Shown piece after piece: positions 17,836 to 23,124 of a stretch of 23,124 nucleotides of DNA (position 1 is its first letter; every line of letters starts with the position of its first letter). This DNA is from Oligoflexia bacterium (GTDB lineage Bacteria; Bdellovibrionota; Bdellovibrionia; JABDDW01), in contig JAYTHU010000217.1 in NCBI GenBank assembly GCA_043732305.1, forward strand, positions 1 to 23,124. The letters run 5' to 3'. Below the pieces are notes generated by a model. The model was not told where the DNA came from. It saw only the letters and a list, made by a program, of their open reading frames with translations, and made no database searches. The position numbers and the translations under genes are program-made.

Positions 17836-19065
17836 CTACTTTTTTACGTAACCAGGGCGCCCAGGAACATGAATCCATTTTTGCCCAGAAGCTGTTTGAA
17901 GCTCGGGTCCTAATACTTTTCGTCCTTGGTCATCAGTTCCAGGCAGCAGTTTCACAATAGACGAAATAATGCTGCCATCTGGTTGGACATAAAAACTATT
18001 GGCGGGATCGAGATCTAAAAATGGAGGACCCTGTTTGTAATTAGCGGCAGTGATGCTGATCGAAATCGAAGAATATTCTACACTATCATGAAATTCTTGA
18101 AAAATGATGTCCGTGGCTGCCATAGGGGATACGATGTCAACGGAGTACTGGTGTAGTTCAACGAAAAGACGCTTTAACTTCAGATTTTTGGTTTGGGATA
18201 AGTACCTTAGTTGGAAGTGGTTTTCACCGTAATCGATATCGCCACGCCAATCCGGTAGTTCTTCAAAATCGATTTTAAGGTGCTTTGCTGAAACGTTCGC
18301 AAATATGCTTGATATATCGCTTTTAACATAACCGCTTGAGCTGGCGCTGCCCTTACGATAAAATAATGGCAATCCTGAGTCTCCGGTTTGTATGATTCCA
18401 ATTTCAAGAAGAAAGCCAGCCCCATATTCTACCCATTGAAGCGGCATTTGCGAAACAATTGAGGCATAAGTATCCGCGTCAGGAGTGATCGAAGAAGAAA
18501 GATACCCATTCAAATATCTCGTAGCAAAAGAAGTGGCGTGAAGAGATTGAATCGCCTCGCGATAGATCAGCTCATGAAGAACTAAACCGGCTCGTTGGAC
18601 CTCCGACATTTGGTCCCATAAGTCTTTACTTAGTGTGTAACGCCGTACACCCGGAAATATCTCTGAATCAGGCCGCTGAAAGGCGGCTGGATGAATGGCA
18701 CATCCAGTGGGAATGCCAATTACTCCAGTATCTTCAGTCGGCGGGATTTCAATGCCTGAATAAAATCCGGCTTCGCTTATAAAACTATCGAGCCATTTGG
18801 AATATTGTTCCATTCTTTTTGGCGCCACCGTTTTCCATCGTGCCAATAAATTTTTCAGCATCGCTGTGAAATCACCGAGTGCTGAGTTTAATTGCAAAGA
18901 CCCGCCGTTCTGTTGCAATTCAAAATAGTCCAACAGTTGAACGGAGGTTACTTTTTCTCTGGCATCTTTACAAACAATGACATTTCCACCATTGCCTACA
19001 ACCTTCGCATTTCCCATTGATATCGATGAACAAAGTAGCGCAATAAAAAACAATATGGACCTCAT
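17836..19065 (-). CDS. Secreted hypothetical protein with N-terminal GNGGN..C..LLDY and LVLHE motifs (cassette 2)
   Basis: Start placed at ATG 19065 (MRSILFFIALL): AAGGAGG RBS and ATGA overlap with the upstream regulator stop; 409 aa. Confidence 0.8.
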   Translation of the reverse strand: MRSILFFIALLCSSISMGNAKVVGNGGNVIVCKDAREKVTSVQLLDYFELQQNGGSLQLNSALGDFTAMLKNLLARWKTVAPKRMEQYSKWLDSFISEAGFYSGIEIPPTEDTGVIGIPTGCAIHPAAFQRPDSEIFPGVRRYTLSKDLWDQMSEVQRAGLVLHELIYREAIQSLHATSFATRYLNGYLSSSITPDADTYASIVSQMPLQWVEYGAGFLLEIGIIQTGDSGLPLFYRKGSASSSGYVKSDISSIFANVSAKHLKIDFEELPDWRGDIDYGENHFQLRYLSQTKNLKLKRLFVELHQYSVDIVSPMAATDIIFQEFHDSVEYSSISISITAANYKQGPPFLDLDPANSFYVQPDGSIISSIVKLLPGTDDQGRKVLGPELQTASGQKWIHVPGRPGYVKK

Positions 19066-19874
19066 AAGTCCTCCTTCGAGGTTAAAACTGAAAACAATTG
19101 AGCGCTGAAGCACATGACATCAGCTCGCTCTTGGCCGCTTTCATCTGCAAGGGAAACTATCTTCGCGATTGCTTCGTCTAAAATTTTCTTTGCTCGTGGA
19201 ATTCGATCATTTGAAATCGAAATCACGGCGGTTTTTACAGTCCGCTTTTCGACATCCGCATTTTCGATTTTTTTAATAGCGAGTTGAAGCACGCTACGAT
19301 GAAATTTTCTGATGGACTCACTAGGAATACCATCTGTGGTGCTAAACAGAGGAGATGCATCAATACACTCTTTCGTAGTGCTATCAATTTTAAGGAGACC
19401 TGCCTCTTTAAGTCGCTCAATCGACTGGGAGACAACGTTTTGCTCAACTTCTAGCGCCTTAGAAATCCACGAACTTGATAGTTTGAACTCCGGTAGATAG
19501 GTAAGTTCCAAGATAGCAAGATCTATCCAAGACGTGAGAGCACGAGTGGCAGTTTGATTTATTAAACGAACAGAGTTCTCTTGCTTTCGATCATTGAGTC
19601 GTATCTTCGCCTCGCGCCGAGCAGCTGGGCTTTTTGCGTGATCTTGGACAACGAGGTCACAGAATAGTTGAATTTGCCATTCGGGTAGACGAAGGATTTT
19701 TGCAAATTGAAGTGCTCTCTTCGGCGAGATTCCTTTTTTTCCGTTCAATACCTCTGACAGAGTAGAAGATGAAACTCCCAAGTCGCGGGCAAATGAACGC
19801 ATCGAATAACTCGAATTTGCCGTGCTTCGATCCAGATAGGCTTGATTGATTATATCCCTGTATGTTGTTTGCAT
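19062..19874 (-). CDS. TIGR02147/DUF4423-family protein with N-terminal XRE-type HTH (cassette 2)
   Basis: YSMRSFARDLGVSSSTLSEVLNGKKGIS HTH, W..LAILEL, SESIRKFH, C-terminal AQLF pattern. Confidence 0.85.
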   Translation of the reverse strand: MQTTYRDIINQAYLDRSTANSSYSMRSFARDLGVSSSTLSEVLNGKKGISPKRALQFAKILRLPEWQIQLFCDLVVQDHAKSPAARREAKIRLNDRKQENSVRLINQTATRALTSWIDLAILELTYLPEFKLSSSWISKALEVEQNVVSQSIERLKEAGLLKIDSTTKECIDASPLFSTTDGIPSESIRKFHRSVLQLAIKKIENADVEKRTVKTAVISISNDRIPRAKKILDEAIAKIVSLADESGQERADVMCFSAQLFSVLTSKEDL

Positions 19875-20057
19875 TGCGAAGAGTTATTACGTCTTCCCTG
19901 TGAGAAAGCAATATCTTAGCGATAATAGTGCTCGCTCACGTTCGCTGAGTCCAAAAGCAAATCACTAAAATGCATTTAAATTCATCTCGGCTGAGCCTTA
20001 TTGACCAGGCTGAAGCGAAATAACGTTTCTCTGCCTTACTTCGCCGATCTTACAAAG

Positions 20058-20107
20058 AAGTGCCATTCTCAGCTGTGATTCTCAAGGCGTTAAAAAATTA
20101 ATGGCCA
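20058..20107 (+). repeat. Cassette-boundary repeat copy 2 (50 bp, CG deleted)
   Basis: AAGTGCCATTCTCAGCTGTGATTCTCAAGGCGTTAA--AAAATTAATGGCCA. Confidence 0.97.
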
Positions 20108-20199
20108 ATAGTTCATATGACAATAGAAAATAATTTGCGGGGTTGTTTCAGTAAATGTCTGGTCAGGAAAGCTGAGACGTGCTGACAATTCAGCGCCAA

Positions 20200-20592
20200 T
20201 TAATGTAGCTTGTTCCAATTGGTCTTCAGACGAGCAATCGATTTACGAGTTCCAAAATTCAAAAGTATTCCGAAAGATCCAATAAATAAAGCAACTGGGC
20301 ACATATTCAAAAAATTCTCAAAAGGATTACTTGGAATAAAGTTTCTTTCATTTGGGAAGTATTTCGTATAGCCGTAGATCCCGATTCCAACGCAAAATGC
20401 AGCGAATACATTAATGAGCTGTAACAGCAAACTCTGCCTTAATTTGGCATGCAGGAACGCACCAAGAAAACCAACAGCAAAGTAAATAGTAAACAGATAA
20501 AAAATTATGAAAGCCATGCCAGATGAAAGCCAAATATCAATGACTAAAATATTTATTAAGAATAAAAATAACATCATAGCCCGCTTCATCAT
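20200..20592 (-). CDS. Small hypothetical membrane protein, about 4 TM (cassette 3)
   Basis: 130 aa from ATG 20592 (MMKRAMMLFLFL); four hydrophobic segments; the ORF track extends it to 20664. Confidence 0.65.
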   Translation of the reverse strand: MMKRAMMLFLFLINILVIDIWLSSGMAFIIFYLFTIYFAVGFLGAFLHAKLRQSLLLQLINVFAAFCVGIGIYGYTKYFPNERNFIPSNPFENFLNMCPVALFIGSFGILLNFGTRKSIARLKTNWNKLH

Positions 20593-20598
20593 TTGGAT

Positions 20599-20627
20599 AT
20601 TTTCTCGATTAAATAATAATTGGTCAA
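20599..20627 (-). promoter_or_regulatory. Putative sigma70 promoter inside cassette 3, leaderless geometry
   Basis: TTGACC-N17-GAAAAT, then 6 nt to ATG 20592 with no SD. Confidence 0.4.
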
Positions 20628-20735
20628 TAGACCTAATGGTTGCGGGGCGTATCAAAGTTCGCAAATGCTTTGCAAAGCTGAGCGGGCTTAACGCAAGATA
20701 ACTCCGGTCCTCCCGACCTCGCCCTTGCAGGATCT

Positions 20736-20787
20736 AAGTGCCATTCTCAGCTGTGAATCTCAAGGCGTTAACGAAAATTAATGGCCA
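20736..20787 (+). repeat. Cassette-boundary repeat copy 3 (52 bp, one substitution)
   Basis: AAGTGCCATTCTCAGCTGTGAaTCTCAAGGCGTTAACGAAAATTAATGGCCA. Confidence 0.97.
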
Positions 20788-20898
20788 ATATATCGCGCAA
20801 AATTTCCGCACCAACTTGCGATGTTATTTTTTGTAAGGTCTGGATTGAAAAGTCGAAGTCCGTAATTCACAATATCCGGAATGTAAACTTATCTTCGC

Positions 20899-21690
20899 TC
20901 AAGAAAAAGCGGCAAATGCAGCACCTAACAATGTGGCAATTGAAACGCCTGCAACGGCGGAGAGAAATCCCCAACGACGAATGCCAAGGCAAAAGAAGAA
21001 ATTTGGCAAGCCATATAATAAAAAAGCGATGGCGAGATATCGAGATGCTCCAGATTCTCCTCGATGAGGACCATACACACTCAAACACGCGAACAAACCA
21101 AAAGCTAAAGAAGCAAATAGGTTTCCAAAGAGAAAAGCGATTTTTCTTGAGACGTGCGGAAGTTTTGAAAAGGCGTAAACTGCTAGCGATAATATACCCC
21201 AATTGAACCATAGAGTGACTGCGAACTGGTAAAACACCGCGTCTGCTACGATACTCAAACCGTTATGGTATAATTCGAGCGTTCCCAGAATTGAAGCTTC
21301 CCCTAGAGCAAAGCCTGCGGCGAGTCTGACGCCGAAACCAAGAAAACCTAAAAGTATTCCCACGGTCAAAACTTTTTTGACAATTTCGGTTGCGCTTTTA
21401 ATTTCTCCTCTACTAATGGCCCTGAGGACCGGCACATCCAGACCAACCTGTGTTGCGAATCGCCGCCCTGCCGTGACCGCAAACCAGGAGAAAAGAGTGA
21501 CCTTTACTATTTCTATAAAAAATAGAATTGGAATGCTGGGTAACATCGGAGATTTCGCCGTCGCTTCTCGAAAATATTCGTAAAACATTGGCCCCGATAA
21601 AAGTGTGCCGATAATAGCGCCCGCTAAGAGCCAGCGTGAAATGTTCGAGTCTTCTTTTTTGATGTCGATATTAGTCTTTTCGTTTGTCAA
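20899..21690 (-). CDS. Multi-pass membrane protein resembling the CPBP/Abi (CAAX protease-like) family but lacking catalytic motifs (cassette 4)
   Basis: TTG start at 21690 with GAGGGGAG RBS; about 7 TM; G..FATQVGLDVPVL, NWGILSL, AFGL and RRWGFLSA resemble CPBP homologs. Confidence 0.65.
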   Translation of the reverse strand: MTNEKTNIDIKKEDSNISRWLLAGAIIGTLLSGPMFYEYFREATAKSPMLPSIPILFFIEIVKVTLFSWFAVTAGRRFATQVGLDVPVLRAISRGEIKSATEIVKKVLTVGILLGFLGFGVRLAAGFALGEASILGTLELYHNGLSIVADAVFYQFAVTLWFNWGILSLAVYAFSKLPHVSRKIAFLFGNLFASLAFGLFACLSVYGPHRGESGASRYLAIAFLLYGLPNFFFCLGIRRWGFLSAVAGVSIATLLGAAFAAFS

Positions 21691-21764
21691 AGTATCTCCC
21701 CTCAATTTTGTTGCGACTTTAAAAAAAAGAAGCAAAAGCACTCAACGTTAGTTTGAGTTTAGTC

Positions 21765-21790
21765 TTATCGGCTTAAAGAAATAAATTTAA
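21765..21790 (-). promoter_or_regulatory. Possible sigma28 (FliA) promoter for the CPBP-like gene
   Basis: Minus strand TTAAA-N13-GCCGATAA: perfect -10 box, spacing 2 nt shorter than the E. coli TAAA-N15 consensus. Confidence 0.45.
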
Positions 21791-21878
21791 CGGACACTGT
21801 CGAAGATTACTACTGTTTGCGCTTCCAAAGTTATTTCATCTTCAGTCGCACAAAAATTAAAGTTTGAGATAGAAAGAC

Positions 21879-22220
21879 CTATTTCTCCTGAAGACTCCAG
21901 GAATGAGCAGACCTTCGGCATTCGGGGTAATGCCAAGAGATCAAGCGCTCATCTTGTTCTATAGATGTCTTCTTTCCACAGGCCGATGTCTCTTGATTTG
22001 CCGATCCTCTACCGAAATATGCTGATGATTGACGCCAGATAACCACGTGTTGGCCCTTCTCGCAGGCCCAGCTCCATACATCCAAACCGCCTTCAACACC
22101 AGTTTGGCAGGTGACATCTGGATTGCTATCCATTTTATATTTCTGCCATGGTTCGGTAGCGCAACCATTTGTCAGAAGTGCAATAGAACCTATAAAAAAT
22201 AAAAATCGGTTACGAGGCAT
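21879..22220 (-). CDS. Small Cys-rich putative lipoprotein (cassette 4)
   Basis: 113 aa; basic N-terminus, hydrophobic core, lipobox-like LTNG-C; four further Cys. Confidence 0.65.
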   Translation of the reverse strand: MPRNRFLFFIGSIALLTNGCATEPWQKYKMDSNPDVTCQTGVEGGLDVWSWACEKGQHVVIWRQSSAYFGRGSANQETSACGKKTSIEQDERLISWHYPECRRSAHSWSLQEK

Positions 22221-22297
22221 ACCTTTGTTTATACCGAAAATGTCTTATGTTGAAATGAAATAACGAAAAAAAGTTCGAACTGACCGCTGTATCATAA

Positions 22298-22349
22298 ATG
22301 TGCCATTCTCAGCTGTGATTCTCAAAGCGTTAACGAAAATTAATGGCCA
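22298..22349 (+). repeat. Cassette-boundary repeat copy 4 (52 bp, two substitutions)
   Basis: AtGTGCCATTCTCAGCTGTGATTCTCAAaGCGTTAACGAAAATTAATGGCCA. Confidence 0.97.
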
Positions 22350-22473
22350 ATATCTCCATTAGACTGAAGAGGAAGTCCGCGGAGTTCCTTCCGGTAACCG
22401 GCTCTCCGTGACGTCTTTACGTCCACTAGGGAGTGGTGGCTATTCGCGCATGGGTTGAAATACATTTTCTTGA

Positions 22474-23037
22474 TTACTGGGTCCGTAGCCAGGTCAAAAC
22501 TTCTTCAGCATTACGATCTGGCGGAAAGACCGGATAAAAAACTTTTTGAATTTTGCCAGCCTCTATAAAAAGAGCCATTCGCTTAATCAACCGTTCGCCC
22601 TCAAAAATAAATGTCGGAAGACTCAACCGCTCCGTTAGTTCATACTTGCTATCGCTTAACACAGTAAATGGTATGTGATTTCTTTCAACGAACTCACTCT
22701 GAACAGCCGGAGACTGGATACTTAATCCGAATACGGCAACTCCAAGAGATTCGAATTCTCCATTAAGATCACGAAAACCACACGACTGTGGAGTACAGCC
22801 TCTTGCACCCGGAGTTTGGTCCCACAATTCTTGGTTCGTATTCGGTTCAAGAGGACTTCCGGCGCGTGGATAAACGAAGAGCACAGTAGGCTTCTGAAAC
22901 TGTTCTAAGATGTGAATCGACTTACCAAGCGTGGACTCAAGTTGAATATTAGGAACGCTCAAACCACATAGATGATCGGTCACTCCATCGTCAATCGGGC
23001 GAGGCAAGTCCGGCGGTAAATCATATATATTTCTCAT
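22474..23037 (-). CDS. Peroxiredoxin (BCP/AhpC-TSA, Redoxin family) (cassette 5)
   Basis: LPPDLPRPIDDG N-terminus, PGARGCTPQSCGFRD (PxxxxCTPQSC), LSDS, KVFYPVFPPD. Confidence 0.9.
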   Translation of the reverse strand: MRNIYDLPPDLPRPIDDGVTDHLCGLSVPNIQLESTLGKSIHILEQFQKPTVLFVYPRAGSPLEPNTNQELWDQTPGARGCTPQSCGFRDLNGEFESLGVAVFGLSIQSPAVQSEFVERNHIPFTVLSDSKYELTERLSLPTFIFEGERLIKRMALFIEAGKIQKVFYPVFPPDRNAEEVLTWLRTQ

Positions 23038-23124
23038 CTGATCTGAGTAATCTCAAATAGCCTGTCTGTCTATGATTGAATGCTTAAAAGCAAATTTCGA
23101 TCACGTTAGCGCAAAAAAACTGAC

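Larger units (their letters stand above)
15647..23124 (-). mobile_element. Putative gene-cassette array (at least 5 cassettes) bounded by conserved repeat sites; probably continues beyond the window
   Basis: Direct repeats at 17136, 20058, 20736 and 22298 plus a partial site at 15647; all eight intervening genes on the minus strand; no mobility gene seen. Confidence 0.65.

Noticed and set aside
20781..21211. 141-aa (+) and 114-aa (-) ORFs
   Set aside because: Both overlap the longer membrane-protein gene; the + ORF starts inside the repeat; no recognisable motifs.
22245..22256. XerD-like half site TTATGTTGAAAT (dif/pdif)
   Set aside because: Contains an extra base relative to TTATGTTAAAT, has no convincing XerC arm and is absent at the other repeat copies.
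17136..22349. CRISPR array
   Set aside because: Intervals are 628-2870 nt, irregular and protein-coding, and no cas genes are in the window.
17136..22349. Canonical integron attC sites
   Set aside because: No RYYYAAC...GTTRRRY boxes at the ends (the internal GTTAACG does not fit), no long imperfect hairpin, sites are 66-124 nt from the stop codons, and no intI is visible.

Overview
Bacterial chromosomal window, probably Bdellovibrionota/Oligoflexia-like (inferred from gene content: TIGR02147-type regulator, DUF1844, spoVG-tRNA-Gln, Bat operon). The left ~15.3 kb looks like housekeeping genome: a soluble lytic transglycosylase (cut by the window edge), a GT-C/GT2 glycosyltransferase pair, a moxR-DUF58-hypothetical-batA-batB/C-batD operon, htpX-DUF1844-degP, spoVG and tRNA-Gln(UUG). 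From ~15.6 kb to the end is an accessory region organised as a gene-cassette array. Four near-identical direct copies of a 50-52 bp site (AAGTGCCATTCTCAGCTGTGATTCTCAAGGCGTTAACGAAAATTAATGGCCA) plus one partial terminal copy separate 0.6-2.9 kb blocks of unrelated genes, all on the minus strand. Each full site is flanked at fixed distance by an inverted pair of short arm motifs (GAAATAAC about 34 nt to the left, TTATTT..GTAA about 35 nt to the right). The site does not match attC, dif/pdif, the tRNA 3' end or a CRISPR array, and no recombinase is in the window. It is the best candidate here for an undescribed gene-capture or site-specific recombination system. All family assignments come from motif recognition by eye, not database searches.
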